This document shows, one piece after another, positions 29,449-38,938 of a stretch of 64,000 bases of DNA. The position numbers were made by a program, and so were the translations under genes. The first letter of the stretch is position 1; every line of letters begins with the position of its first letter. Below the pieces are notes generated by a model. That model saw only the letters and a list, made by a program, of their open reading frames with translations. It ran no database searches and had not been told where the DNA came from. The stretch comes from an uncultured Gemmatimonadales bacterium (GTDB taxonomy: Bacteria; Gemmatimonadota; Gemmatimonadetes; Gemmatimonadales; Gemmatimonadaceae), in contig OY969695.1 of assembly GCA_963701965.1 (NCBI GenBank), forward strand, positions 1,536,001 to 1,600,000. The letters run 5' to 3'.

Positions 29449-32427
29449 TCAGAACCCCAGGTCGAGAGAGACAAAGAAGCTCCGGACCGGGGGATACGGC
29501 GTCACGTCCTGCCCGCGCCCGATGTTCTGGGCACCGAAGTTCGAGACCTCGGGATCGAGCCCCATGTAGTTGGTCCAGGTCACGAGGTTGCGCCCGGAGA
29601 TCGAGATGGCCGCGTTGCTCAAAAAGCCTTGCCCGATGGTGCGGATGAGCCCAGTCGGCAGATCGTACTTGAGGGTCAGCTCCCGCAGCTTGAGGAACGA
29701 CGCTGGCTGAAGATACGGGGTGAGCCCGTTGGCCTCGGCGGTGAGCCGCGAGTTGGTCTCGGCGGCGTTGCCCCACGTGCCGTTGGCGTCGAAGTAGTTT
29801 TGCGAGAGGTTGGACACCCACATGCCCCCGCGCCAATCGAAGAACGCGTGGAGATGCAGCGGCCCGTAGTTCAGGTCCTCAGCGAATCCGAACATGAACG
29901 CGGGGTTCGCATCGCCGATCACCTGCAGGGTCGGCACACCGTTGACCATGCGGTCGCCCCACAGGGAGGACACGGACTTCCCAACGGCGACGCGATAGGC
30001 GCCGAAAGGGCTGGCCGCGAAGAAGTTGCCCGCGAAGAAGTCCGGCACCGGCAGGTTGTCGACGACGCTCTGGTTCCGGGAATAGTTCATATTGGTGGAC
30101 CAGGAGAACTTGCCCGTCTGAATCGGCGTGGCGGTCAACGTCAGCTCAATGCCGCGGTTGGTGAACTGGCCGCCGTTGAACCACTGCACCGTGAACCCGC
30201 TCGACGCCGGCACGGCGCCCAGGAGCAGCAGGTCCGTAATGCGTTTCTGATAGATCGTCGCCGTGAACTGGGCACGCGACTTGAAGAGCGTCACGTCGAA
30301 CCCGGTCTCGATGGACGTGTTCGTCTCGGGCCGGATGCCCGCGTTGCCCAACGTGTCGCCGAATTGGAGGCCGGTCGCCCCGGAGTACGTCGCCAGGAGG
30401 TTCGAGTTGAACTTGACGCCGTAGAGGGGCTGTGTGCCGGACTGACCATAGGCGAAACGGAGCTTGAACTCGTCCATGAACTTGAACGGGTTGATGAACC
30501 GGTAGGACGCCGCGGCCTTTGGGAACAGGTAATACGCGTTGATGCTGCCGTCGTTGGTGTTGGATTCGGCGTTCACGCCACCGGTCAGCGCCAGCCGGTC
30601 GTCGAACATCAGCAGGAGCTCCTGCGCGTAGAAGCCCTGGCTGATCACCTGCTGCTGCTTGAAGAACTGCTGCTGCACAACGCCGATCGGGAAGATCTGC
30701 GGCGTTGGCGGGAGCTGGAACGCGGCATTCTGCGGGTTGTAGAACACGTTCTCATCGTGCGTCATCCCGATCGACGTCGTCGCCGAGAGCCACTTGATCC
30801 CGGAATACTTGTGGACGGCGCTGAACGAGTAGTTGTACAGCCGGTTGTACGCCTGCCCGTACGTCGACGCGCCGGGGAACGGCGTGCTCAGTGCCTGCAC
30901 GGGCAGCGTGGGTGACGCATAGAACTGCGTGCGCTCGTTGGTGAAGTCTGCGCCGCCCTGAAAGACCACGTCGAGCAGGTGGTCTTTGGAGCTGAACGCT
31001 TTCCAATCCAGATTCGCGCCCAGGGTCGTGCGATTGACCTCATCGGGCGTGGCGATCAGATGCGCGTCGGCGAAGGCGTTGGCGTGCGTGCCGAACGGAT
31101 TCAGCACATACTGTCCGCCCGGCTGCGAGTTCATGTTGAAGAAGGACGGCGTATACGAGATGACGTCATATCCGGCAATGCCGTAGTTGTCATTGCCGTT
31201 GATCCCGCGCTGGGTCATCGACGCCGTGTAGGCGAGCTGCGCCGACGCGACCAACGTCGGGGAGGACGCGGGCCCGAAGTTCTGGGTGACGTTGGCGCGC
31301 GCCGACTGCTTGTGGTATCCGGTGTTGATCTGCGCGCCGTTGTCGTATTTCGTGAGGCCCGACAGGAAGTACGTCGTGACATTCGTGCCGCCGCGGACAC
31401 TCAAGTCCGTCTCGTACGACAGCTGGCCGCCCCCGTACAAATCGTTCTGGGCATCACAGAATCCGTTGCACGAGTTGAAATTGGCGTCGACTTCGGCCGC
31501 GCTGAGCCCGGCGGCTTGGCCGACCGTCTGCGCTTCCGCGAGCGAGAAGTGCTTGAGCGGCAGCGTGTTGGCGAGGGTGTACGTGCCGAACCGCTGGGTC
31601 GCGTCGATCGCGATCTTGCCCGCCACACCCTTTTTCGTCGTGATCATCACGACGCCCGCGGCCGCTTTGGCGCCGTAGATCGCCGAGGCGGCCGAGCCTT
31701 CGAGTACCTGGATCGATTCGATATCGGCCGGATTGAGATCCGCGGAGCGGTTGACGCTCTGGTCCTGGTTCGATGGACCATTCGTCACGTTGTTGAACGC
31801 GCCGGTGATCGAGTTGAGGGATGACTCGAAGGTGGCATTGCTGTAGATCACGCCATCGATCACGTAAAGCGGTTGCGCATTGGCGTAGATGGACGTCACG
31901 CCGCGCACCTGGATCTGCATCCCGCCCCCGGGGGCTCCCGAGTTCTGGTCGATCTGCGCACCGGGGACCTTGCCCTGGAGCGCGTTCTCCAGCGTGGGGG
32001 CCGGGGCGGCCGTGATCTGCTCCGATGTGATGACGGGGTCGTACGTGGTCGCGTTCTTGGAAGAGATCAATGTCGCGACACCCGTGATGACCTGCTGCTC
32101 GAGCTGCAGGACGTCGGGCGCCATGGCGACGGTATAGTCGGTGGTGCCCGCCACGAGGGGCACGACCTGCTGCTTGTAGCCGATGCGGCGGACGCTGACG
32201 GTCTTGGCGTCCGATGGGACATCCCGCAGCGAGAACTTGCCGCTGTCCGTAGTGATGGCACCGAGGGACGTTCCCGGGACGGTGACCGTCGCCGAGGGGA
32301 TCGGTGCCTTCGTGGTCTGGTCAAGCACGTGCCCAGTAATGCGTTGCGTCGTTCCTTGTCCCGACGCACTCTGTGCGACGGCGAGCGCGAGCGCCCACGC
32401 CGACGCCATAGTCGAGCGTGCTCTCAC
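29449..32427 (-). CDS. SusC/RagA-family TonB-dependent receptor (pair 3)
   Basis: AAAGGAG RBS plus GTG 32427, LQGKVPG, PLYVIDGV, GRNL..GLDPEV, terminal Phe. Paralogue of SusC2. Confidence 0.93.
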   Translation of the reverse strand: MRARSTMASAWALALAVAQSASGQGTTQRITGHVLDQTTKAPIPSATVTVPGTSLGAITTDSGKFSLRDVPSDAKTVSVRRIGYKQQVVPLVAGTTDYTVAMAPDVLQLEQQVITGVATLISSKNATTYDPVITSEQITAAPAPTLENALQGKVPGAQIDQNSGAPGGGMQIQVRGVTSIYANAQPLYVIDGVIYSNATFESSLNSITGAFNNVTNGPSNQDQSVNRSADLNPADIESIQVLEGSAASAIYGAKAAAGVVMITTKKGVAGKIAIDATQRFGTYTLANTLPLKHFSLAEAQTVGQAAGLSAAEVDANFNSCNGFCDAQNDLYGGGQLSYETDLSVRGGTNVTTYFLSGLTKYDNGAQINTGYHKQSARANVTQNFGPASSPTLVASAQLAYTASMTQRGINGNDNYGIAGYDVISYTPSFFNMNSQPGGQYVLNPFGTHANAFADAHLIATPDEVNRTTLGANLDWKAFSSKDHLLDVVFQGGADFTNERTQFYASPTLPVQALSTPFPGASTYGQAYNRLYNYSFSAVHKYSGIKWLSATTSIGMTHDENVFYNPQNAAFQLPPTPQIFPIGVVQQQFFKQQQVISQGFYAQELLLMFDDRLALTGGVNAESNTNDGSINAYYLFPKAAASYRFINPFKFMDEFKLRFAYGQSGTQPLYGVKFNSNLLATYSGATGLQFGDTLGNAGIRPETNTSIETGFDVTLFKSRAQFTATIYQKRITDLLLLGAVPASSGFTVQWFNGGQFTNRGIELTLTATPIQTGKFSWSTNMNYSRNQSVVDNLPVPDFFAGNFFAASPFGAYRVAVGKSVSSLWGDRMVNGVPTLQVIGDANPAFMFGFAEDLNYGPLHLHAFFDWRGGMWVSNLSQNYFDANGTWGNAAETNSRLTAEANGLTPYLQPASFLKLRELTLKYDLPTGLIRTIGQGFLSNAAISISGRNLVTWTNYMGLDPEVSNFGAQNIGRGQDVTPYPPVRSFFVSLDLGF

Positions 32428-32491
32428 AGCTACTCCTTTGTGATGGGAACGCGGTCCGGCTTCCCGCAAACATCAGATTACTATGGGATCC

Positions 32492-32545
32492 TCCTAGATT
32501 CGTAGAGACAAGCGTGTATCTATCGAACGGACAGCGCGCTGTCAA
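32492..32545 (-). promoter_or_regulatory. Candidate promoter plus operator box for susC3
   Basis: TTGACA (32545-32540)-17 bp-TAGATA (weak -10). Box TCCTAGATTCGTAG at 32492-32505. Confidence 0.5.
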
Positions 32546-32612
32546 GAAATTGATCGCGCAGTGTTCGCTTAGAGCAGACCGGTCAGTTTTACTGAACCCG
32601 ACCCTGCTGGCG

Positions 32613-33065
32613 CTATTTTGCTGGGGTCGAGGGGACCGAGGTGCCGTTGGAGGATCCCGCGCCCTTGCTGACGGCGATGGTCACGCCGGTCGCGAGGCCG
32701 GCCACGATGGCCATCATCCCGAGGGTCCTGCCCTTCGATAACGTGCGCTCCTGCGTCACGTCGATGGCCCGAAAGGGGAACGTCACCAGTTCGTCGTTCC
32801 AGGTCGCGTCACTGTTGTCGACGAGCGTCGTGCTGGTCACCGCGATCGTCACGCTGGCCGTATCGAACCCGCGAAGCCGGCCCATGACGGAACGCACGCC
32901 GGTGCCAATCCGGCTGGCCATGACTTGGCGACCTTCGCTCGACAGCGTGAGACGCACCTGGCGTCCCGCAACCAGATCGCTCCGCGACACATCGGAATAG
33001 TTGTAGCAGCCCATCGCCGCGACGACGAACAACACGGGCGCATAGGGGCGAAATCGATCCAGCAT
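32613..33065 (-). CDS. Hypothetical lipoprotein with C-terminal hydrophobic helix
   Basis: Lipobox AMGC, small beta-rich domain, GRTLGMMAIVAG TM. Follows susD4. Confidence 0.65.
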   Translation of the reverse strand: MLDRFRPYAPVLFVVAAMGCYNYSDVSRSDLVAGRQVRLTLSSEGRQVMASRIGTGVRSVMGRLRGFDTASVTIAVTSTTLVDNSDATWNDELVTFPFRAIDVTQERTLSKGRTLGMMAIVAGLATGVTIAVSKGAGSSNGTSVPSTPAK

Positions 33066-33153
33066 CGGAGTGAAAGCTCGAGAAAGTGTGAAGGCCCGGA
33101 GATCGGCGGCCGATCGGCCACCAACCCCCGGGCCATCGCTCACGCGTCCGTTC

Positions 33154-34749
33154 TTACCAGGCCGCCGGCACCGACGAATAGGTCAGCGTCGGACACAGGT
33201 TCGGGTCGTTGGCGTTCTGCGATGTCGCGCCAACGCTCGGCGTGTTGGGGTCGGCACTGATCACCGTCTGGCCATAGGGAATACGCCCCGGAATGTTGGC
33301 CCGGGTCGCGGCCGATGTGGGACTCGACGGGGCCGCGGCCAACGACGGCATGCAGGTGCGCTTGTAGTCGTTGTAGACCTCCGGTGTAGCGAAGAGATCA
33401 ATGTACTTCTCCTCCATCACGTCTGCTAACGTCACGGGAATGGGGGGCTGCGCGGCGAACGTGCAATTGGATCCGTTGCAATTCGCGAGGCCGTCCAGCT
33501 GGTCGGCGCCATAGACCTCGTTGGCGCGCACGTTGTTGAGCGCCGTTTGCGCCGCCGCGGTCTGTCCGCCGTGCAGCGCGGCCTCGGCGATGATCAACTG
33601 TGTTTCCGTGTAGGTCACCTGCGGCTGACGAAACGAAGCGGCGCTGTTGAAGATGTTGAACGACGAGTTCTGGCCGCCAAACGGCAGCGCGGTATTGGCC
33701 CCCGGGCGCCACCCGGTGCATCCCTTGTCGGGGGCCAACGAATCAACGGTCAGCACACAGGGGTTGCCGGCGCCATCAAGGAAGTAGAACCCGAATCGGT
33801 TGTTGTCGATGTCCTTGCCGGCCAGGATGCGCGCTTTCATCAGGTGGATGATCGCCGCGCCCGGTGCGATGTCGCCGCGCGCGCCCATGAACGAGACCCA
33901 CTGATTGAGGCCGTTCGCGACGTTGGCGTACCAGTTCCAGTCGTGCGCCGACGCGGCGATGCCCAACTGGGCCTGTGCGAGCGCCAGCGGGTAGTTGGCC
34001 GGGTCCTTCTCGGCCATGTGCATGTAGTAGCGCGCCTTCAGCGAATGCGCGACCTCCTGGTAGACCTTCACCAGCGAGTCGGGAGGCAGCCCGGCGTAGA
34101 TGATCTCCGCGGAGCGCGCCACGCCTTCCGGCAGCACGCCGGTCGGGCCCAGGTTCGTCGCGCCCGTCGTCTTGCAGTTGAGATAGCGGATCGCCGAGTC
34201 CAGCGTCTGCTGCACCTCGGTGAACACGGTGAGCTGATCATCGAACTTGGGTGTCGGGAACTGCGCGGCGTCGAACGCCTGGCTGTAGGGGATCGCGCCG
34301 AAGATCGACGCCGCATTGCCGATGATCATCGCTTCCCAGACTTTCGCGATGCCGACATAGATCGAGTCGTGCTGCTCCTGCGCGATGAGCTGTACCTTGC
34401 GGGCATCCGCGGCGGCGCCGCCGCCGCCGCTCGTCGGCGGAAGCGCGGCGTAGAAAGCGGAGAACACGACGTCCGTCGCGCTGGTACCGACGACGTAGAG
34501 ATCGTAACCCTGCTGCTGGCGCGCCGCGCCCGAGATCTGCTGCGTGTACATGCCGAGGAAGCGCGCGAGCTGCGAGGTGTAGCTCTCCGCCTGCCCCGCC
34601 TCGAGGCCCACGTACAGCGGACCCGGGTCCTTGAGCCCGCTGATCGAGTTGGGGTCGTGCGTGCCGAGCCCAGGGCCCGACAGGTAGTTGCTGCACGCCG
34701 CGCCGCCGAGCAGCACGGCGCCGAGTGCGATCGCTTTGGCAATACGCAT
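33154..34749 (-). CDS. SusD/RagB-family (SusD-like 2) lipoprotein (pair 4)
   Basis: Lipobox GAAC, DPN, FGAIPYSQA, TYTETQLIIAEA, EEKYIDLF, YNDYKRT, IPGRIPY. Confidence 0.88.
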   Translation of the reverse strand: MRIAKAIALGAVLLGGAACSNYLSGPGLGTHDPNSISGLKDPGPLYVGLEAGQAESYTSQLARFLGMYTQQISGAARQQQGYDLYVVGTSATDVVFSAFYAALPPTSGGGGAAADARKVQLIAQEQHDSIYVGIAKVWEAMIIGNAASIFGAIPYSQAFDAAQFPTPKFDDQLTVFTEVQQTLDSAIRYLNCKTTGATNLGPTGVLPEGVARSAEIIYAGLPPDSLVKVYQEVAHSLKARYYMHMAEKDPANYPLALAQAQLGIAASAHDWNWYANVANGLNQWVSFMGARGDIAPGAAIIHLMKARILAGKDIDNNRFGFYFLDGAGNPCVLTVDSLAPDKGCTGWRPGANTALPFGGQNSSFNIFNSAASFRQPQVTYTETQLIIAEAALHGGQTAAAQTALNNVRANEVYGADQLDGLANCNGSNCTFAAQPPIPVTLADVMEEKYIDLFATPEVYNDYKRTCMPSLAAAPSSPTSAATRANIPGRIPYGQTVISADPNTPSVGATSQNANDPNLCPTLTYSSVPAAW

Positions 34750-34765
34750 TGGGGTCGGTCTCCGG

Positions 34766-37700
34766 TCAGCGGTTGAGTTGGAACGAGATCACGTAGGAGC
34801 GGTCCTGCGGGATGTTGAAGTAATCGATCCCCCGTACCGGTGAGGCGGAACCGAGGATGCTCGTCTCCGGGTCTACGCCGGTGTAGCTGGTCCACGTGTG
34901 GAGGTTGCGCCCGGAGAGACGCACCTCGATGCTGGAGAACGCGATCGCGCGCTGGAGCGCCGGCATGTCGAACGTGTAGCCGATCGAGACCTCACGGAGC
35001 TTGGCGAACCCGGAATGCTGGACCGCGTAGGAGCTGGCGCCCGAGAACACGCCGCCCTGATTCTGGAACCAGCTCTGATCGAGCGGCACGCTCTTGCCCG
35101 CGCCTTCGCCGGCCGCGCCCGCGCTCGTCGCGAAGTAGTTCTGGCCGAACTTCACCGTGCAGTTGCACTGCCGGTAGAACTGGGTGTCGCCCGACCGCCC
35201 GAAGTAGTTGAGCGCGAGCGACGTGCCGTTGTAACTATCGCCGCCGTTCTGCACGTCGAGCAGCGCACTGACCGAGAACTTCTTGATGTGAATGCTGGTG
35301 TGCAGCGAACCAATCCAGTTGCGGTTCGGATCACCGATCACGTATTGGGCGTTGTTGTCGACCTGCGGCAGGCCGCTGCCGTCGATGTAGAGCGCGCCCT
35401 TCTTGGCCCCTTTGCACTCGCCAGCGACCTGGTCGATGTTGACGCCGTTCACGATCGAGTTGTGGCCGCACCGCACGAAGTCCGTACCGTAGTACACGAT
35501 GGCGGGCTGGCCAACGACGGCCGCACCGGTGATCCCGCCCAGGCCCCCGGTGCCCCCGATGTCGACGAACTGCACGCCGGCCGGCAGGCTGGTCACCTGG
35601 CTGCGGTTGCGGGCCCAGTTCACGCCGACATCCCACGAGAGCAGTTTGGTCTGAATGGGTCGCAAGTTGAGCGCGAGCTCGAAGCCGCGGTTCCACAGAT
35701 TGGCCGCATTCTCGAACTCTTCCGAGAAACCGGTTGGTGCCGCCACCGGCACCGCGAAGATCGCGCCCGTGGTCGTCTGCCGGTAGTACGTGAAGCTGAT
35801 GTCGCCGAACGAATGGAGAAAGCCGATGTCGACGCCCGTCTCGAACTCCTTCTGCCGCTCACTCGTCAGATCCGGGTTCGGCGCGATCGGGTTCGTCGCC
35901 AGACCACCCTGGCCGTTGACGTTCCCCGTCGGAATACCGGTGGCGAAGCCGTCGCCGAAGGTCTGCGCACCAAACGTGGTACCGAGCACGTACGGCCGCG
36001 GCTGCGTGCCGCTCTCGCCGTACGCTGCGCGGAGCTTGACTGACGTCAGGATGTTGTTGCTGTTCGTGCCTTCCCGGATGACGTTCCAGGCGATGCTGCC
36101 CTTCGGGAAGAGGCTGAACTGCTTGTTCGGACCGAACGTCGACGCGCCGTCGTCGCGCAGCGCCGCGGTGAGGGACACCTGGTGCCACAGGTTCGCTTGC
36201 GCCTGCCCGAAGAACGACGCCAGCCGGACGTTGGACGTGTAGACGTTCGGCTGCTGAATGAGCGCCGTGTTGGACAGCGCGAACGGCGCCGGCGTGGATA
36301 GGCCGAATCCGGTCGTGGCCGACGTATTGTACTGCTTGACGTTGATGTTGTTACCGATCGTCAACGAGCCATCGAATGCCGACGAGAAGGTGTGGGTCGC
36401 CGTCCCGGTGATGGTCTGATCGATGGACCACGTCTTCACGAAACCTTGCGTCACCTGTCCCTGCGCGACGCTGCCATTGCCGGTCAGGCCGGCGCTGTTG
36501 CCCGAGCTCCACGGCTCACTGAACAAGCGCTCGTCGTTCGAGTAGTCCGCGCCGAGGAGCTCACTGAACCGGAGCCACGACACCGCTTGGTAGTCCGCGG
36601 TGACGTTCCCGTAGGTCCGCGCGACGTTGGCCGTATTGCGCTGCGTCTCCGCCACGAAGAACGGATTGTCGTAGATGCGGCTCAGGGCGTCCGTGTTCGC
36701 CGTCGGATTCTCGAATCGTGTCGAGCGGGGCTGGCCCGACGTCGGATCGAGATACGGCAGGTTGTTGAAGTTGGGTGGCGTGCGCCAGTCGCCGAGCAGG
36801 AGGCTCGACGTGCTGTTGCTGCTTTCGACGTACGCGCCGTTGGAGGCCGCGAACGCCACGTTGGCCCCGATCCGCAAGTCCGGGGCGATCTGTTGCGTGC
36901 CATTGAACCGCAGGGACGTCCGGCCGTACGAGTTGTTCGGACCGATGATCATCCCGCGATTGTAATTGTAGGCGCCCGACAGGTAGAACGTGGTCTTGTC
37001 GTTGCCGCCGGACGCGGTGATGGCGTTATCGTACACGTGCCCGGTCGTAAATATCTCGCCCGCATGGTCGAAGGTCGGCGTACCGGCGGGAATCACGGCG
37101 CCCCACGAGGCGCCGCGGGCCGGCGGTGAACAGTTTGGAATACCGGTGCACGACGAGGAGACGCCGCCCGACCCCATCGCGTAGGTCTGCTGGAGGAACG
37201 GCAAGTTGGAGACGTTGTCCCACGACGTGGAGCTCTTGAGCGAGTAGTGCGTCTGGCCGGCGTGCCCGTGCTTGGTCGTGATGAGAATGACGCCCTGGCC
37301 TGCGCGCGAGCCGTAGATGGCGCCGGCCGAGGGGCCTTTCAGAATCTCGACGTTCTCGACATCGTCGGGATTGAGGTCAATGGCCCGGTTCGGTTGCTGG
37401 GCGCCGCCGTTGGCCGCGGCGGTCATCCCCGGCGCGAACCCGGGCGTCTGCTCGATCGAGTTGTCGATCGGCACGCCGTCGACAACGATGAGCGGTTGGC
37501 CGTCGGACGCCGTGAGGGTCGTGAGCCCGCGGAGCTGGATGTAGGTCGAGACGCCCGGCTGGCCAGAGCTGGAGGTGACCTGGACGTTGGGCGCTTTGGC
37601 GGCCAGCGCGGTGATCAGATTGGACTCGTTGCTCTGCTGAATCTGCTCGGGCGTCACGTTGCTGCGCGTGGTCCCGAGTTGCTCGGCCAACGATGTGGTG

Positions 37701-38095
37701 CCGGCGCCGGTGACGACGATCGTCCCCAGCTGGAAGGGGTTGGAGATGAGCGCGAAGTTCTGCGTCACCGTGCCGCCGGCGAGGGTAACCGACGCCGAGG
37801 CGCTCTTGTAACCCACCAATCGCACCGAGAGCGTGACCGTCTGCCCCGCCACGCGGGACGACGGGATCACGATGGTGAACCGTCCGTCGCCACGCGAAAA
37901 GACGTTGAGATTCATCGTCTGGATCGAGACAGCGGCATCGGTCAGGGGGATGCCCGCGTCACTCGTCACCAAACCGGTGATGGTGACCGGCTGCTGCTGC
38001 GCGGCGACCCGCCCCGGGAGCGCGAGCGCGCTCAGCGTGGCGAGACCGAAGACCGCGGACCTGAGTGGCCAGGGGGCACTGCGCGGACTGGACAT
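34766..38095 (-). CDS. SusC/RagA-family TonB-dependent receptor (pair 4)
   Basis: PLIVVDGVP, NRAIDLNPDDVENVEILKG, IYGSRAGQGVI, GRNL..GVDPE. Confidence 0.93.
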   Translation of the reverse strand: MSSPRSAPWPLRSAVFGLATLSALALPGRVAAQQQPVTITGLVTSDAGIPLTDAAVSIQTMNLNVFSRGDGRFTIVIPSSRVAGQTVTLSVRLVGYKSASASVTLAGGTVTQNFALISNPFQLGTIVVTGAGTTSLAEQLGTTRSNVTPEQIQQSNESNLITALAAKAPNVQVTSSSGQPGVSTYIQLRGLTTLTASDGQPLIVVDGVPIDNSIEQTPGFAPGMTAAANGGAQQPNRAIDLNPDDVENVEILKGPSAGAIYGSRAGQGVILITTKHGHAGQTHYSLKSSTSWDNVSNLPFLQQTYAMGSGGVSSSCTGIPNCSPPARGASWGAVIPAGTPTFDHAGEIFTTGHVYDNAITASGGNDKTTFYLSGAYNYNRGMIIGPNNSYGRTSLRFNGTQQIAPDLRIGANVAFAASNGAYVESSNSTSSLLLGDWRTPPNFNNLPYLDPTSGQPRSTRFENPTANTDALSRIYDNPFFVAETQRNTANVARTYGNVTADYQAVSWLRFSELLGADYSNDERLFSEPWSSGNSAGLTGNGSVAQGQVTQGFVKTWSIDQTITGTATHTFSSAFDGSLTIGNNINVKQYNTSATTGFGLSTPAPFALSNTALIQQPNVYTSNVRLASFFGQAQANLWHQVSLTAALRDDGASTFGPNKQFSLFPKGSIAWNVIREGTNSNNILTSVKLRAAYGESGTQPRPYVLGTTFGAQTFGDGFATGIPTGNVNGQGGLATNPIAPNPDLTSERQKEFETGVDIGFLHSFGDISFTYYRQTTTGAIFAVPVAAPTGFSEEFENAANLWNRGFELALNLRPIQTKLLSWDVGVNWARNRSQVTSLPAGVQFVDIGGTGGLGGITGAAVVGQPAIVYYGTDFVRCGHNSIVNGVNIDQVAGECKGAKKGALYIDGSGLPQVDNNAQYVIGDPNRNWIGSLHTSIHIKKFSVSALLDVQNGGDSYNGTSLALNYFGRSGDTQFYRQCNCTVKFGQNYFATSAGAAGEGAGKSVPLDQSWFQNQGGVFSGASSYAVQHSGFAKLREVSIGYTFDMPALQRAIAFSSIEVRLSGRNLHTWTSYTGVDPETSILGSASPVRGIDYFNIPQDRSYVISFQLNR

Positions 38096-38159
38096 GGGCT
38101 GGTGGCACCTCGCGGTAAGGGAGGACTGAACGAGGAAACCATGCGGACCCCAGGCGACC

Positions 38160-38201
38160 TACTATTTCTATAGTACTATGATCGTAGTACTACACTCGTA
38201 G
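38160..38201. promoter_or_regulatory. Three tandem 14-bp boxes TACTA-N6-TAG (candidate operator array)
   Basis: TACTATTTCTATAG / TACTATGATCGTAG / TACTACACTCGTAG, contiguous, AT-rich, in the susC4 leader. Confidence 0.7.
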
Positions 38202-38217
38202 TCGTCGGGGTTCGGCC

Positions 38218-38246
38218 ACGTTACGTACCGCTTCTGTTTGTGTCAA
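38218..38246 (-). promoter_or_regulatory. Sigma70-type promoter for susC4
   Basis: TTGACA-17 bp-TAACGT. Confidence 0.7.
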
Positions 38247-38366
38247 GAACGTGTCAGAGAAATGTTAAGGACTTGGCAGATGTGCAGAGGCCGTCGCAGG
38301 TGATAGGCGACGGCCTCTGGTGGTCCCGAAACGGTCTCGATCCTGTTGAGCCAGCTATCCCGGGCG

Positions 38367-38936
38367 CTAGGGCTTGGTCGAGAAATCCACCTTGGGTGCT
38401 TCCTGGGCCGCGGCCGTGGCGGTGAAATACGTGCGCGCCTTGGCGCCGCTCACCCGCGCCGTGATGGCCTGGGGAAACTGCCGGATATACGCGTTGTAGC
38501 TCTCCACGGCCTGGTTGTAGTCGGACCGCGCTGTCGCGATCCGGTTCTCCGTGCCGGTCAGCTCATCCATGAGCCGCTGATAGGCCTGGTCGGACTTGAG
38601 CTGGGGATACGCCTCGGTCACCGACCGGTTGAGGATCGTGATCTGCGACGACAGCTGCAGGTTCGCGTCGGCCTCGCGCGCCGGATCATGACTCTGCAGC
38701 GCGTCGGTCAGACCGGCCCGGGCCTGGGCCACGCCCTTGAACACGTCCAACTCCTGCTTCGACTGCCCCTTCACCGTCTCGACGAGGTTCCCGACCAGGT
38801 CGCTCCGCCGCTGCAACTGGACCTCGATATTCTTCTGCGCCTGCGCGGCCTGCTCGTCGTATTGCTGAATGGCGTTGTACCCGCAGCCCGTCAGCATCAT
38901 CAACCCGGTGATTACTACCGTCACCCTGTACCGCAT
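38367..38936 (-). CDS. lemA: LemA-family protein
   Basis: GCGYN, QLQRRSDL, EAYPQLKS, ELTGTENRIATAR.DYN, APKVDF. Confidence 0.95.
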   Translation of the reverse strand: MRYRVTVVITGLMMLTGCGYNAIQQYDEQAAQAQKNIEVQLQRRSDLVGNLVETVKGQSKQELDVFKGVAQARAGLTDALQSHDPAREADANLQLSSQITILNRSVTEAYPQLKSDQAYQRLMDELTGTENRIATARSDYNQAVESYNAYIRQFPQAITARVSGAKARTYFTATAAAQEAPKVDFSTKP

Positions 38937-38938
38937 CG

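Noticed and set aside
38160..38201. Short direct repeats as a possible CRISPR remnant
   Set aside because: Units are 14 bp, contiguous, with no spacers and no cas genes. They fit an operator array better.
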